The position numbers were made by a program, and so were the translations under genes. From the NCBI GenBank assembly GCA_964542575.1, contig CAZIUO010000003.1, positions 1 to 59,733 of the forward strand: 59,733 nucleotides of DNA. The letters run 5' to 3'. Each line of letters starts with the position of its first letter. Position 1 is the first letter of the stretch. This stretch comes from an uncultured Muribaculaceae bacterium. GTDB taxonomy: Bacteria; Bacteroidota; Bacteroidia; Bacteroidales; UBA932. This document shows, piece after piece, positions 43,809-54,370 of the stretch. The notes under the pieces were generated by a model. It was not told the DNA's origin. It worked only from the letters and a program-made list of their open reading frames with translations, and made no database searches.

Positions 43809-44441
43809 CTATTGCAAAAAGGGATTTGCAGCGATTTCGTCTTCAATTGTCGTGGCATATCCGTGCCCCGGCAGCACATCGGTCTGCGGCGGCAGTGTCA
43901 GGATTCCGCTCTTGATGCTGCCCAGCAGCTGGTCAAAGTTGCCGCCGGGATGGTCGGTGCGCCCCACCCCGCCGCAGAAGAGGGTGTCGCCGCTCAGCAG
44001 CAGCCCATCGCTCTCCAGATAGAGGCAGACGCCTCCCGGAGTGTGGCCAGGGGTCGGGATGACCTCGAACCGCAGCCCTTCCGGCAGACTGCCGGTGCAG
44101 TTGCGGATGTCCAGGATTTCCCCCTCATACGGCTCATACTGCATCCCGAATGCGGGGCAGATGTGCGCCGCGGCGGCAAACACGCCGCTGTCCGCGGGGT
44201 GCATATACACCGGCACCTGCCATTTGGCCGCCGCCTGCCGCAGCGAGAGCACGTGGTCAAAATGGCCATGGGTCAGCAGTATGGCCTTCACGGAAAGCCC
44301 CTGCTTGTCTATGAAGCCCTCCAGCCGGGCGCGCTCGGCATCGCTGCCAGCGCCGGGGTCCACTATGACGCACTCGCCGCTGCCGTTGTACAGCACATAA
44401 TTGCACACTCTTAGCGGGTTGAAGTAAAAAACCTTATACAT
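43809..44441 (-). CDS. MBL-fold metallo-hydrolase (glyoxalase II-like)
   Basis: 210 aa with the THGHFDH motif. Its stop abuts the uvrA start. Confidence 0.85.
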   Translation of the reverse strand: MYKVFYFNPLRVCNYVLYNGSGECVIVDPGAGSDAERARLEGFIDKQGLSVKAILLTHGHFDHVLSLRQAAAKWQVPVYMHPADSGVFAAAAHICPAFGMQYEPYEGEILDIRNCTGSLPEGLRFEVIPTPGHTPGGVCLYLESDGLLLSGDTLFCGGVGRTDHPGGNFDQLLGSIKSGILTLPPQTDVLPGHGYATTIEDEIAANPFLQ

Positions 44442-44446
44442 AACCG

Positions 44447-44454
44447 CAAAATTA
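44447..44454 (-). promoter_or_regulatory. TAatTTTG -7 box for the MBL-uvrA operon
   Basis: Exact match to the Bacteroides TAnnTTTG consensus on the minus strand, only 5 nt upstream of the ATG (44441). Confidence 0.35.
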
Positions 44455-44467
44455 AAAAGTCTTTTAG

Positions 44468-44475
44468 TAATTTTG
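44468..44475 (+). promoter_or_regulatory. TAatTTTG -7 box for the deoxynucleoside kinase gene
   Basis: Exact TAnnTTTG match on the plus strand, 27 nt upstream of the ATG at 44503. The octamer is identical to the divergent box. Confidence 0.35.
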
Positions 44476-44502
44476 TGTGTTCAATCTTAAGAAAACGACA
44501 CA

Positions 44503-45117
44503 ATGCACATCGCCATCGCGGGAAATATCGGCAGCGGCAAAACCACGCTGACACGTATGCTTTGCGAGCACTACAAATGGACCCCCCGCTTCGAACCTGT
44601 GGACCACAACCCCTATCTTGCAGATTTTTATGAAGATATGGAGCGCTGGTCGTTCAACGTCCAAGTCTATTTTCTCAACAAGCGCTTCCGCGATGTAGTG
44701 GAAATCTCACGCAGCAACGATGTAATCGTGCAGGACCGCACCATCTACGAGGATGCCAACATCTTCGCCCCCAACCTCCACGATATGGGGCTTATGAGCA
44801 GCCGCGACTTCGAGAACTACAGCGACCTCTTCAGCCTGATGATTTCTCTGGTCAAGGCCCCCGACCTGCTGATTTACCTGCGCAGCTCGGTGCCCAACGT
44901 TGTGGGCAAAATCCAGAAGCGCGGCCGCGAATACGAGAGCAGCATCCGCATCGACTATCTCAACGGCCTCAACGAGCGCTATGAGAAGTGGATTTCCGGC
45001 TACAAAGACGGCAAACTGCTGATTCTTGATGTGGACAAGCTCAATTTCGAGGAGGAGCCTGCCGACTTCAGCACCGTCTGCGACCTGATCACCGCGCAGC
45101 TGCACGGCCTCTTCTAG
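44503..45117 (+). CDS. Deoxynucleoside kinase
   Basis: 204 aa with P-loop AGNIGSGKTTL, ..DR.IYED.. and the dNK-family layout. Confidence 0.85.
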   Translation: MHIAIAGNIGSGKTTLTRMLCEHYKWTPRFEPVDHNPYLADFYEDMERWSFNVQVYFLNKRFRDVVEISRSNDVIVQDRTIYEDANIFAPNLHDMGLMSSRDFENYSDLFSLMISLVKAPDLLIYLRSSVPNVVGKIQKRGREYESSIRIDYLNGLNERYEKWISGYKDGKLLILDVDKLNFEEEPADFSTVCDLITAQLHGLF

Positions 45118-45142
45118 CCCCCCGCCTCAGGGCTTCCCCAAT

Positions 45143-46621
45143 TTAGAACAGCACCCCGACAGTCAGCGCCAGAGCCACTCTGGAGCTTGCGCTCACCGTG
45201 GGCATCAGCATCATTCCGCCAACCGCTGCATAGGCAGAGAGCAGCGTGTTCAGGCGGTAGGTGTAGCGGGCGTCCACCTTGGCGCGGATATAATAGCTGC
45301 CCAGATAGTCCGCCTCGTCGCTGTACATATCGTTCACGAAATAATTGCCGTCTACTTTGGAGCCGCCGTAGGTGTATTCTGCCCCGAAGGCAAAGTTGTA
45401 GCCCAGATTGCCCGTCACCAGCAGCGAACTCTCGTGCGCCAGCTTGAGGTTCTTGCCCAGCATCACATAGGGGGTGATGCCGTTCCCCTTGAGGGTTGCA
45501 TCGGGCACATAGCGGCGCAGACTTATCATATTGAAGTCGGTGCCCGCACCGAATGTCCAGTCAAAGCTGCCGTCGGAGGCGATGTCGGTGTACCGGGTGA
45601 ATCCCAGGTCGGCGGCAATCAGGTTGTTGTCGGCGATGGTGGTGCCTCCCTTCAGCCAGTAATTCAGATTGTAGTCAAAGTCAAAGTTCAGGACGCTCCC
45701 GCGGTCCTCCGAAGCAAAATATCTGAGTCCGGCTCCCACCAGGAACTTGTCCACCTGGCCGAATGACGTGCCCGCCTCTTTTACGGTCGTGCCCCCCTTG
45801 TGCAGGGAGACCTGGGACAACAGATTTTCGCGGTTGTAGAAGAGGTCCGCCCCCATTAAGGAAGAGGCGTAGCTGATGTCGCCGATGCCGAAGTCGCCGC
45901 CCGCCCAGCGGTTGTCAAACGAGCCGAGCCCGTACATCAGCGCCACGGTGGTCGCCTCGCCGCCGGCGTTGATGCGGCTGGTTGCAGGCATCGTCTTATA
46001 TGAAAGGGTCAGGCCCAGAATGTTGTCGTCGTCGATTGCATAGGTGGCGCTGGGGGCAATCTCCATTTCAAAGCCGTTGTAGCGGGCCGTGGGGGCGTCA
46101 TTCTTGTTCGCTCCCTTGCCCCTGAAGTTTATGCCGAGCCCCAGCGAGAGGGCGTCGCCCAGCATCAGCGGGCTGGCTGCGCGGATCCCCACCGACGCGC
46201 TGCGCCTCTTCCAAAGGAAATCTTCGTCGTCGTTGAGCGCCACAAAAAAGGGCATATCCAACTCCAGGTCGTAGAGCGAATTGTTGTAGCGGCTCTTGTG
46301 CCGGCGGTCGGCGTCGAAATTGACCTCCGCCGCCACCTTGAAGCCGGCGATTTCCATCAGCATATCCCCGCCCAGGGCCATTGTGTTCTGCCGGGAGGCA
46401 TCCCAGGCATCGGTAAACGAGCCGCCGGTGATGCTGCCGCCCAGGGCCACATTGCGCCAGGAAGCCATATCCTCGCGTGCGAGGCCGGCAGAGCAGGAGG
46501 TGCCGTACCAGAGCGAGCGCTCTATGTTGAGGCGGTATGCCGCGCCGTCGTGGATGTCCTGCGCAGAGACTGCGGCCGCCGAGGCCAATATGCATATAAG
46601 CGAGAGAAATGTCCTTTTCAT
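45143..46621 (-). CDS. Outer-membrane beta-barrel protein, unknown function
   Basis: 492 aa. Has a signal peptide (ILASAAAVSAQD), amphipathic beta-strand pattern and a C-terminal aromatic residue (..TVGVLF). Confidence 0.55.
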   Translation of the reverse strand: MKRTFLSLICILASAAAVSAQDIHDGAAYRLNIERSLWYGTSCSAGLAREDMASWRNVALGGSITGGSFTDAWDASRQNTMALGGDMLMEIAGFKVAAEVNFDADRRHKSRYNNSLYDLELDMPFFVALNDDEDFLWKRRSASVGIRAASPLMLGDALSLGLGINFRGKGANKNDAPTARYNGFEMEIAPSATYAIDDDNILGLTLSYKTMPATSRINAGGEATTVALMYGLGSFDNRWAGGDFGIGDISYASSLMGADLFYNRENLLSQVSLHKGGTTVKEAGTSFGQVDKFLVGAGLRYFASEDRGSVLNFDFDYNLNYWLKGGTTIADNNLIAADLGFTRYTDIASDGSFDWTFGAGTDFNMISLRRYVPDATLKGNGITPYVMLGKNLKLAHESSLLVTGNLGYNFAFGAEYTYGGSKVDGNYFVNDMYSDEADYLGSYYIRAKVDARYTYRLNTLLSAYAAVGGMMLMPTVSASSRVALALTVGVLF

Positions 46622-46665
46622 ACAAAATCGGGTTTAATCAGGGCGAAGTTATGCAAATTATGGGG

Positions 46666-46717
46666 TAAAACAAAAGCACAGCGCACTGCAGGCCTTGCGG
46701 TCTGCCGTGCGCCGTGC
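46666..46717 (-). terminator. Intrinsic terminator after rplQ
   Basis: On the minus-strand RNA there is a 16-bp GC-rich stem (GCACGGCGCACGGCAG / CUGCAGUGCGCUGUGC, with one G-U pair and one mismatch). The loop is 10 nt, followed by UUUUGUUUU. It starts 18 nt after the rplQ stop. Confidence 0.7.
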
Positions 46718-46734
46718 TTTGATGCGGAGGGCGT

Positions 46735-47223
46735 CTACTCCTCTGCCTTGGGTGCTTCCTCAGCTTTGGGAGCCTCTGCCTTGGGGGCGTCAGCCTTCTT
46801 GCTGCGGCTGCGGCGGGTAGCGGGCTTCTTGGCAGCAGCCTTCTCGGTAGTTGCGAGAGCTGCCTCGTTGAAGTCTACCAGCTCGATGATAGCCATATCG
46901 GCTGCGTCACCTGCGCGGAAGCCGGTCTTGACGATACGGGTGTATCCGCCCGGACGCTCTGCGATCTTGGGTGCCACAACGCGGAAGAGCTCGGTCACCG
47001 CCTCTTTCTGCTTCAGATAGCTGAATACGGTACGGCGGGAGTGGGTCGAGTCGTCTTTGCTCTTGGTGATGAGGGGCTCGACATACATCCTCAAAGCCTT
47101 TGCCTTGGCCACTGTGGTCTCGATTCTCTTGTGCATGATGAGAGAGCAGGCCATATTGGCAAGCATCGCCTTGCGGTGTCCGCTTTTGCGACCCAGATGG
47201 TTAATTGACTTGTTGTGTCTCAT
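46735..47223 (-). CDS. rplQ: 50S ribosomal protein L17
   Basis: 162 aa. Starts [21 protein letters not shown] and carries a Lys/Ala-rich C-terminal tail with APKAE repeats. Confidence 0.95.
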   Translation of the reverse strand: MRHNKSINHLGRKSGHRKAMLANMACSLIMHKRIETTVAKAKALRMYVEPLITKSKDDSTHSRRTVFSYLKQKEAVTELFRVVAPKIAERPGGYTRIVKTGFRAGDAADMAIIELVDFNEAALATTEKAAAKKPATRRSRSKKADAPKAEAPKAEEAPKAEE

Positions 47224-47229
47224 ATCCTG

Positions 47230-48228
47230 TTATTCTTTTTTATCAATGTTGTACTTAGAAATGTCCATTCCGAAATTGAGCTTGAGCTTGTTCTCTACCA
47301 GGTACACAATCTCGGTGAGAGACTTCTTGCCAAAGTTGCGCAGCTTCATAAGCTCCTCCTTCTTGTGGGAAACCAGGTCGGCGATTGTCTCGATCTCGAC
47401 AGCCTTGAGGCAGTTGAGGGCGCGGACAGAAATCTCCAGATCCTGAAGTTTGGTCATAAGATGGTGGCGTATGCGCAGCGACTCCTCGTCAAGGTTCTTG
47501 TTCTCGGGGGTTGCCTGCTCCTCAAGAGTGATCTTGTCGTCAGAGAAGAGCATGAAGTGATAGATGAGTATCTTGGCTGCCTCTTTGAGCGCATCCTTGG
47601 GAGTGATGGAGCCGTCGGTGGTGATCTCGATAATCAGAGACTCGTAGTCGGTCTTCTGCTCTACGCGGCAGTCTTCCCTGCGGTAGTTCACATTCTTGAT
47701 AGGAGTGAATATCGAGTCGATCGCGATGGTTCCAATCGGCATTTTATCGTCTTTGTTCTCGTCTGCGGGGACATAGCCGCGGCCCTTGCCAATGGAGAAC
47801 TCCATCACGATTTTCACGCTGGGCTCCATTGTGCAGATGTGCAGGTCGGGGTTGAGTACCGTAAATGCAGAGAGGCTCTTGGCGAGGTCTCCGGCGGTGA
47901 ATTCTTGCTTACCACTAACAGTCACTGTTGCAGTTTCGCCCTCCTCGGTCTCTATCATTCTCTTCAGACGGACTTGTTTGAGGTTAAGGATGATGTCAAC
48001 CACATTCTCCATAACGCCGGGGATTGTGTCAAACTCGTGCTTGACACCCTCGATGCGGATCTTTGTGATGGCAAAACCCTCCAGAGATGAGAGCAAAATG
48101 CGGCGAAGCGCGTTACCTACTGTAGTCGCATAACCGGGTTCCAAAGGGCGGAACTCGAAACGACCAAAGGTATCGGTAGCGTCCAGCATTATTACCTTAT
48201 CAGGTTTTTGGAATGCTAATATTGCCAT
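47230..48228 (-). CDS. rpoA: DNA-directed RNA polymerase subunit alpha
   Basis: 332 aa with canonical NTD and CTD ([10 protein letters not shown]). Confidence 0.95.
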   Translation of the reverse strand: MAILAFQKPDKVIMLDATDTFGRFEFRPLEPGYATTVGNALRRILLSSLEGFAITKIRIEGVKHEFDTIPGVMENVVDIILNLKQVRLKRMIETEEGETATVTVSGKQEFTAGDLAKSLSAFTVLNPDLHICTMEPSVKIVMEFSIGKGRGYVPADENKDDKMPIGTIAIDSIFTPIKNVNYRREDCRVEQKTDYESLIIEITTDGSITPKDALKEAAKILIYHFMLFSDDKITLEEQATPENKNLDEESLRIRHHLMTKLQDLEISVRALNCLKAVEIETIADLVSHKKEELMKLRNFGKKSLTEIVYLVENKLKLNFGMDISKYNIDKKE

Positions 48229-48269
48229 AAATTGATTTGTTTATTGGTGTTAGTGCTTAATTCACGCTG

Positions 48270-48875
48270 CTACTTGGAGTACAACTCGACGATATACTGC
48301 TCGTTGATTGTCTCGGGGATTTCGGAACGCTCAGGGGTATTGAGATACTTGCCTGCGCATTTTTCGCTGTCCCACTCGATCCAGGAGTATTTGCCGGTCC
48401 CGTGGGAGAGGCTGTCCTGAATCACTTCAAGGCTCTTTGAACGCTCACGCACACCAACAATGTCACCGGGACGGAGAATGGTGGAGGGAACATTGCAAAC
48501 CTCACCGTTGCGGGTGATGTGGCAGTGGCTCACCAGCTGACGCGCAGCCGCTCTGGTGGGAGCGATACCCATTCTGTACACCAGGTTGTCAAGACGGCTT
48601 TCGAGAAGAGTGATGAGGTTTTCACCTGTACGGCCCTTCATCTTGGCTGCTTTCTCGTACATGGAGCTGAACTGACGCTCAAGAAGACCGTAGATGTATT
48701 TAACCTTCTGCTTCTCTGCCAGCTGAACGCCGTACTCGGACACTTTCTTGCGTTTCTTGGCCAAGCCGTGCTGTCCCGGAGGATAGTTCTTCTTGTCCAG
48801 ATATTTGTCCGGTCCATAGACCGGTTCACCAAATTTACGGGCTATTTTGGTTTTAGGCCCTGTATATCTTGCCAT
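48270..48875 (-). CDS. rpsD: 30S ribosomal protein S4
   Basis: 201 aa, starting [17 protein letters not shown]. Confidence 0.95.
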   Translation of the reverse strand: MARYTGPKTKIARKFGEPVYGPDKYLDKKNYPPGQHGLAKKRKKVSEYGVQLAEKQKVKYIYGLLERQFSSMYEKAAKMKGRTGENLITLLESRLDNLVYRMGIAPTRAAARQLVSHCHITRNGEVCNVPSTILRPGDIVGVRERSKSLEVIQDSLSHGTGKYSWIEWDSEKCAGKYLNTPERSEIPETINEQYIVELYSK

Positions 48876-48898
48876 AATTCTGATTCCTTTTTAGAAGA

Positions 48899-49288
48899 TT
48901 AAACTTTACGACGACCTTTGGGACGGCATCCGTTGTGAGGCAGCGGTGTTACGTCAATGATTTCGGTGACCTCGATACCCTCGGTATGCACGGTGCGGAT
49001 AGCGGACTCACGGCCGCTGCCGGGGCCCTTCACATAAGCCTTCACCTTGCGCAGACCCAGGTCGTAAGCAACCTTGGCAGCGTCCTGTGCAGCAACCTGA
49101 GCTGCATAGGGAGTGTTCTTCTTGGAACCTCTGAAACCCATCTTACCAGCGGAAGACCAGCTGATGACCTGGCCTGTGGAGTTGGTGATGGAGACAATTA
49201 CATTGTTGAAAGTTGAAGAGACATGAAGTTGTCCGTAAGCATCAACCTTAACAACTCTCTTTTTGTTTGTTGTAGTCTTTTTTGCCAT
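48899..49288 (-). CDS. rpsK: 30S ribosomal protein S11
   Basis: 129 aa, containing [14 protein letters not shown]. Confidence 0.95.
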   Translation of the reverse strand: MAKKTTTNKKRVVKVDAYGQLHVSSTFNNVIVSITNSTGQVISWSSAGKMGFRGSKKNTPYAAQVAAQDAAKVAYDLGLRKVKAYVKGPGSGRESAIRTVHTEGIEVTEIIDVTPLPHNGCRPKGRRKV

Positions 49289-49300
49289 AATTCAAGTCTC

Positions 49301-49678
49301 CTATTTAGTAGCTTTCTTCTTGTTGGCGACAGTTTTCTTGCGGCCCTTGCGGGTGCGTGCATTGTTCTTGGTGCTCTGACCGCGAACAGGAAGACCGACA
49401 CGGTGACGGATGCCGCGATAGCAACCGATATCCATCAGTCGTTTAATGTTCAATTGAACCGAAGAGCGAAGCTCGCCCTCGATCTTGTACTCTTCAGCAA
49501 TCTTACCACGGATTGCTGCAATCTGCTCATCGTTCCAGTCCTTGACCTTGATATCCTCGTCGATTCCGAGTTCGGAGAGGATTTTCTGGGAGGAACTGCG
49601 ACCGATACCGTAGATATAGGTAAGGCCTATAACTCCGCGCTTGTTGTTAGGTAAGTCAACTCCGGCTATACGTGCCAT
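49301..49678 (-). CDS. rpsM: 30S ribosomal protein S13
   Basis: 125 aa, starting [10 protein letters not shown]. Confidence 0.95.
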   Translation of the reverse strand: MARIAGVDLPNNKRGVIGLTYIYGIGRSSSQKILSELGIDEDIKVKDWNDEQIAAIRGKIAEEYKIEGELRSSVQLNIKRLMDIGCYRGIRHRVGLPVRGQSTKNNARTRKGRKKTVANKKKATK

Positions 49679-49715
49679 AATTTATTATTACTTTTTAAGT
49701 TTATTCTATTAATAA

Positions 49716-49832
49716 TTATGCTTGACGCATTTTGAATTTCGGATTCTTCTTGCAAATAACATACAAGCGGCCCTTGCGTTTCACGATCTTGCAATCGTCA
49801 CTGCGCTTTTTGATGGATGTTTTAACTTTCAT
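49716..49832 (-). CDS. rpmJ: 50S ribosomal protein L36
   Basis: Not in the ORF track because it is too short. Hand translation of the minus strand gives [38 protein letters not shown] plus TAA. It lies in the expected infA-rpmJ-rpsM position. Confidence 0.9.
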   Translation of the reverse strand: MKVKTSIKKRSDDCKIVKRKGRLYVICKKNPKFKMRQA

Positions 49833-49853
49833 ATCGCTATGATCAATTTAATG

Positions 49854-50072
49854 TTATTTATATCTGAAGGAAATTCTTCCTTTGGTCAAATCATACGGAG
49901 ACATCTCTACTTTCACCTTGTCACCGGGCAGGATTCTGATGTAGTGCATCCTCATCTTGCCCGAAATGTGGGCGATAATTACGTGTCCGTTGTCCAGCTC
50001 AACGCGGAACATTGCGTTGGAGAGCGCCTCCACGATAGTACCGTCCTTCTCTATTGATGACTGTTTGGGCAT
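49854..50072 (-). CDS. infA: Translation initiation factor IF-1
   Basis: 72 aa with an S1-like fold ([20 protein letters not shown]). Confidence 0.95.
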   Translation of the reverse strand: MPKQSSIEKDGTIVEALSNAMFRVELDNGHVIIAHISGKMRMHYIRILPGDKVKVEMSPYDLTKGRISFRYK

Positions 50073-50092
50073 AGTTTCTTTCCGTTGATCGT

Positions 50093-50860
50093 TTATTTAT
50101 TATCCTTTATATAGTCGAATGTAGTGAGTCTCTCGGCAGCGCCCCGGCGCACCACAACCGTCATCTCAAAATGAGCCGACTTCTTGCGGTCTGCCGTGTA
50201 CACGCCCCAGCCGTCGTCTGCGAGATATACATCCTTGACGCCCTCGTTGATCATCGGCTCGATGCAGATCACGTTGCCTTCGACAAGCTTCACGCCGTGC
50301 CCGCGGCGCCCGTAGTTGGGCACTTCGGGAGATTCGTGCATGTCGCGGCCGATGCCGTGTCCCACAAGTTCGCGCACCACGGAGTAGCCGCGAGCCTCGC
50401 AGAATGTCTGCACCGCATATCCGATGTCGCCGGTGCGGCAACCGGAAACGGCGGCCTCGATACCTTTGTAAAGGGAGTGTTCAGTAGTATCCAGGAGGTC
50501 CCGGTCAGCCGCACTGATTTCTCCGCAGGCAAAGGTATAGGCCGAGTCCCCGTAATAACCCTTGTACACCGTACCGCAGTCCACCGAGACGATGTCGCCC
50601 TCCTTGAGGACATAGTCCGAGGGGAAGCCGTGCACCACGTACTCGTTGACTGAGGTACAGAGGGTATAGGGGAATCCGCCATAACCCAAGAAGCCCGGCA
50701 CGGCACCGTTGTCGCGGATGAACTCCTCGGCAATGGCGTTAAGCTGCAGCGTCGTTACACCGGGAGCTACGTGTTTGCCCACCTCCGCGAGGGTGCGGGA
50801 AACAATCAGGGCGTTCTCCCTGAGCAGCTCTATTTCTTCTTCGGTTCTGACTTTGATCAT
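50093..50860 (-). CDS. map: Methionine aminopeptidase, type I
   Basis: 255 aa with pita-bread metal ligand contexts ([13 protein letters not shown]). Confidence 0.93.
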   Translation of the reverse strand: MIKVRTEEEIELLRENALIVSRTLAEVGKHVAPGVTTLQLNAIAEEFIRDNGAVPGFLGYGGFPYTLCTSVNEYVVHGFPSDYVLKEGDIVSVDCGTVYKGYYGDSAYTFACGEISAADRDLLDTTEHSLYKGIEAAVSGCRTGDIGYAVQTFCEARGYSVVRELVGHGIGRDMHESPEVPNYGRRGHGVKLVEGNVICIEPMINEGVKDVYLADDGWGVYTADRKKSAHFEMTVVVRRGAAERLTTFDYIKDNK

Positions 50861-50884
50861 TTCTACCTGACTTTATAAAGAATG

Positions 50885-52210
50885 TTACATTCCTGAACGG
50901 CCCTGGAGACGACCAGTCTTCATAAGACCATCATAGTGACGCATAAGCAGGTGGCTCTCGATGTGCTGCAGAGTATCCAGCACAACGCCCACGAGAATCA
51001 GCAGCGAAGTACCGCCGTAGAAGGGTGCGAACTGGTTGTTGACTCCGAGCAGCTGGGCGAATGCGGGCAGGATTGCCACGATCGCCAGGAAGAAAGAGCC
51101 GGGAAGGGTTATGCGGGACATAATAGCATCAAGATATTCGGCTGTCTTCCTGCCGGGTTTGACACCGGGGATGAAACCGCCGTTCTTCTTGAGATCCTCT
51201 GCCATATTGGTAGGGTTGATCGTCACTGCCGTGTAGAAGTAAGTGAAGATGATGACCATTACAGCGAAGATGAAGTTATACCAGAATCCAACGGGGTTGT
51301 TGAGCACTGCTGCAAGACCCTTGGTGACGTCGAAGCGGGTGAACAGAAGCGGGATGAGCATCATCGCCTGGGCAAAGATGATGGGCATTACGCCTGCCGC
51401 ATTCACCTTCAGGGGGATGTTGTTCTTCACGCCGCCGTACATCTTGCCGCCCACAACGCGCTTGGCATACTGCACGGGAACCTTGCGCACGGCCTGAACC
51501 AGGGCGATGGTGGCCACGAACACGAAGAAGAGGACTATCAGCTCCACGATGAACATCAGGATACCGCCGGTAGTCTTGGTGAACTTCTCCATAAGCTCGA
51601 GGTAGAGGGCCTGGGGGAGACGTGCGATGATACCTATCATAATTATCAGGGAGATGCCGTTGCCCACGCCGCGGTCGGTGATTCTCTCGCCGAGCCACAT
51701 CACGAACATCGAACCGCCCAGCAGGATCAGCGTTGCAATAAATGCATACCAGCCGCTGCCCATCTGCGCCAGGAAGGCGCTGGCAGGGATCTGTGCACGC
51801 AGGTTTGCGATATACGCGGGACCCTGGATTGCGATGATAACGATGGTAAGATACCTTGTGTACTGGTTCATTTTTCTGCGGCCGCTCTCTCCCTCACGCT
51901 GCAGGCGCTGGAAGAAGGGGAACATCACACCCAGAAGCTGGATGACGATGGACGCAGAAATATACGGCATAACGCCCAGTGCGAACACCGAGGCGTTACC
52001 GAAAGCACCACCCGAGAACATGTTCATAAGGCCGAGCAGGCCCTCGGATGACTGCTTCTGAAGACCGGCGAGCTGAGCGGCATCGATACCGGGGATCACA
52101 ATGTAGCAGCCGAGTCTGTAGACTGCTATCAGAGCGATCGTGTAGAGTATCCTCTTGCGGAGCTCTTCGATCTTCCAGATATTCTTTAATGTCTGAGTAA
52201 AATTTGCCAT
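50885..52210 (-). CDS. secY: Preprotein translocase subunit SecY
   Basis: 441 aa with 10-TM SecY layout, in the conserved position after rplO. Confidence 0.95.
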   Translation of the reverse strand: MANFTQTLKNIWKIEELRKRILYTIALIAVYRLGCYIVIPGIDAAQLAGLQKQSSEGLLGLMNMFSGGAFGNASVFALGVMPYISASIVIQLLGVMFPFFQRLQREGESGRRKMNQYTRYLTIVIIAIQGPAYIANLRAQIPASAFLAQMGSGWYAFIATLILLGGSMFVMWLGERITDRGVGNGISLIIMIGIIARLPQALYLELMEKFTKTTGGILMFIVELIVLFFVFVATIALVQAVRKVPVQYAKRVVGGKMYGGVKNNIPLKVNAAGVMPIIFAQAMMLIPLLFTRFDVTKGLAAVLNNPVGFWYNFIFAVMVIIFTYFYTAVTINPTNMAEDLKKNGGFIPGVKPGRKTAEYLDAIMSRITLPGSFFLAIVAILPAFAQLLGVNNQFAPFYGGTSLLILVGVVLDTLQHIESHLLMRHYDGLMKTGRLQGRSGM

Positions 52211-52216
52211 AGTTTA

Positions 52217-52663
52217 TTAGAGAACTGTAGTCGTACCCTCTTTCGCCTCAATCTTCGCGATCGCGCTCTTGGAGAATGCGTGTGCAGTGACATCCAGCTT
52301 TGCAGTGACATCACCGTTGCCAAGGACCTTGACCGGCATGCCGGGGCGGACCAGACCTGCGGTCTCCATATCGTCGATGGTGACGGTAGAAGTGCCGAGG
52401 GCCTCGCTCAGAGCCTGGAGGGCAGATACGTTGACAACTGCAAATTCTACTCTTGTAGGGTTCTTGAAGCCGAATTTGGGGAGGCGACGCTGGATAGGCA
52501 TCTGACCGCCTTCGAATCCGATCTTGTGTGAGTAACCGCTGCGGGCCTGCGCACCCTTGTTACCGCGGGTTGCAGTTCCGCCGTATCCCGAACCTTGTCC
52601 GCGACCGATGCGCTTAACGTCCTTTACAGAACCTGCGGCGGGTTTAAGATTGTTCAATTTCAT
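52217..52663 (-). CDS. rplO: 50S ribosomal protein L15
   Basis: 148 aa, starting MKLNNLKPAAGS..RIGRGQGSG. Confidence 0.95.
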   Translation of the reverse strand: MKLNNLKPAAGSVKDVKRIGRGQGSGYGGTATRGNKGAQARSGYSHKIGFEGGQMPIQRRLPKFGFKNPTRVEFAVVNVSALQALSEALGTSTVTIDDMETAGLVRPGMPVKVLGNGDVTAKLDVTAHAFSKSAIAKIEAKEGTTTVL

Positions 52664-52676
52664 AGTATTGCTCTCC

Positions 52677-52862
52677 CTATTTTACTTCTTCAACTTTTAC
52701 AAGATGACGAACCTTTTCAATCATGCCGGCGGTTACAGGGGTAAGCTCGACCTCGATGGTCTGATGCATCCTGTGGATACCAAGGGCAAGCATATTTGCC
52801 TGCTGGCGCTTGGTGGCGCTGGCGGTACTTTTAACCTGAGTAATTTTAACTTTGTTTGCCAT
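52677..52862 (-). CDS. rpmD: 50S ribosomal protein L30
   Basis: 61 aa, KITQVKS..-type L30. Confidence 0.9.
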   Translation of the reverse strand: MANKVKITQVKSTASATKRQQANMLALGIHRMHQTIEVELTPVTAGMIEKVRHLVKVEEVK

Positions 52863-52876
52863 AACTTGGGATCTCC

Positions 52877-53395
52877 TTAACCGTTAAATACCCTGCTCAT
52901 AGGAATGCCGCGAAGTCCGGCAACGGTGTAGGCGTCGCGCATCTCGCACAGAGCTGCAACTGTAGCCTTCACCAGGTTGTGAGGGTTGGATGAACCTTTG
53001 GATTTTGCAATGACATCGTGAACGCCGACTGCCTCGAACACGGCACGCATCGCACCGCCGGCCTTTACACCGGTACCGGGAGCTGCGGGCTTCATGAACA
53101 CGCGTGCGCCGCCGAACTTGGCCTCCTGCTCGTGGGGGATTGTCTTCTTGCTCAGAGGGATCTTCACGAGATTCTTCTTAGCATCTTCGATACCCTTGGA
53201 GATGGCTGTCGTAACCTCATTGGCTTTACCAAGGCCATAACCGACAACACCGTTTTCATCGCCGACAACGACGATTGCGGCAAAACTGAAGTGACGGCCA
53301 CCCTTGGTAACCTTGGTCACTCTCTGCACCGCTACCAGCCTATCTTTGAGTTCCAGATCGACTGTCTTTACTTTCTTGATATTGATATCTGCCAT
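52877..53395 (-). CDS. rpsE: 30S ribosomal protein S5
   Basis: 172 aa, containing [13 protein letters not shown]. Confidence 0.95.
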   Translation of the reverse strand: MADINIKKVKTVDLELKDRLVAVQRVTKVTKGGRHFSFAAIVVVGDENGVVGYGLGKANEVTTAISKGIEDAKKNLVKIPLSKKTIPHEQEAKFGGARVFMKPAAPGTGVKAGGAMRAVFEAVGVHDVIAKSKGSSNPHNLVKATVAALCEMRDAYTVAGLRGIPMSRVFNG

Positions 53396-53400
53396 AGCCT

Positions 53401-53760
53401 TTAGAATTTAAGGCCACCCTCGCGGGCAGCGTCTGCCAAACTTTTAACTCTGCCGTGATAGAGGTAACCTCCGCGGTCGAAAGAGACCGTGCTGATACCC
53501 TTCTCAAGAGCGCGCTGCGCGATGCAGCCGCCTACCACCTTGGCAGCCTCCACGCCGGAGAGACCTTTGCACTTCTCTGCAAGAGCCTTTTCGAGCGAAG
53601 ATGCGCTGGCCAGAGTGACGCCCTTGGTGTCATCTACCACCTGAACATAAATCTGCTTGTTGCTTCTGAACACTACCATACGGGGACGCTCGGGTGTACC
53701 GTTGACGACCTTGCGGATGCGATAGTGAATTCTTTGTCTTCTTTCTTGTTTAGTCATCAT
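53401..53760 (-). CDS. rplR: 50S ribosomal protein L18
   Basis: 119 aa. Two adjacent Met codons could serve as the start (53760 or 53757). Confidence 0.93.
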   Translation of the reverse strand: MMTKQERRQRIHYRIRKVVNGTPERPRMVVFRSNKQIYVQVVDDTKGVTLASASSLEKALAEKCKGLSGVEAAKVVGGCIAQRALEKGISTVSFDRGGYLYHGRVKSLADAAREGGLKF

Positions 53761-53775
53761 AATTCAATCCTCCTG

Positions 53776-54336
53776 TTATTTAGCTGAAGCAGATTTTCCG
53801 GCTTTGCGACGAAGCTGTTCGCCGACAAACTTGATACCCTTGCCCTTGTAAGGTTCAGGCTCGCGGAGAGTGCGGATTTTGTGAGCTACCTGACCAAGCA
53901 GCTGCTTGTCGCAGCTTTTGAGGACGAGCACGGGGTTTGCACCCTTCTTGACTGCTTCGGCCTCTGCCTTGATCTCCTTGGGAAGCTGGAAGTGGATGTC
54001 GTGGGAGTAGCCGAGGCTGAAGATCAGCACCTGGCCCTGAACCTCAACGCGGTAACCCACGCCGACAAGCTCCTGCTTTACGGTGAACATCTCGTGGCAG
54101 CCGGTAACCATATTTGCCAGCAGAGCGCGGTAGAGACCGTGCATTGAGCGGTGGCGGGGCTGGTCTGTCGGACGAGACAGGATGATTTCATTCCCCTCAA
54201 CCTTGACTTCGATGTCCTTGTCCACTTTCTGGAACATCTCGCCGTGAGGGCCTTTAACCTTAACCACGTTGTCGGCGCTGACCTCAGCGGTGACACCGGC
54301 GGGAAGGTGTACAGGTTGTTTTCCGATTCTTGACAT
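53776..54336 (-). CDS. rplF: 50S ribosomal protein L6
   Basis: 186 aa, starting MSRIGKQPV. Confidence 0.95.
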   Translation of the reverse strand: MSRIGKQPVHLPAGVTAEVSADNVVKVKGPHGEMFQKVDKDIEVKVEGNEIILSRPTDQPRHRSMHGLYRALLANMVTGCHEMFTVKQELVGVGYRVEVQGQVLIFSLGYSHDIHFQLPKEIKAEAEAVKKGANPVLVLKSCDKQLLGQVAHKIRTLREPEPYKGKGIKFVGEQLRRKAGKSASAK

Positions 54337-54370
54337 TATTCTGAAATTTTAATTATTTGCGTTTGGGGCA

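Noticed and set aside
45118-45142. A bidirectional terminator between the kinase and the orphan barrel gene.
   Set aside because: Only a 4-bp GCCC/GGGC stem with a 9-nt loop and no U-tract is present, so it is not convincing.
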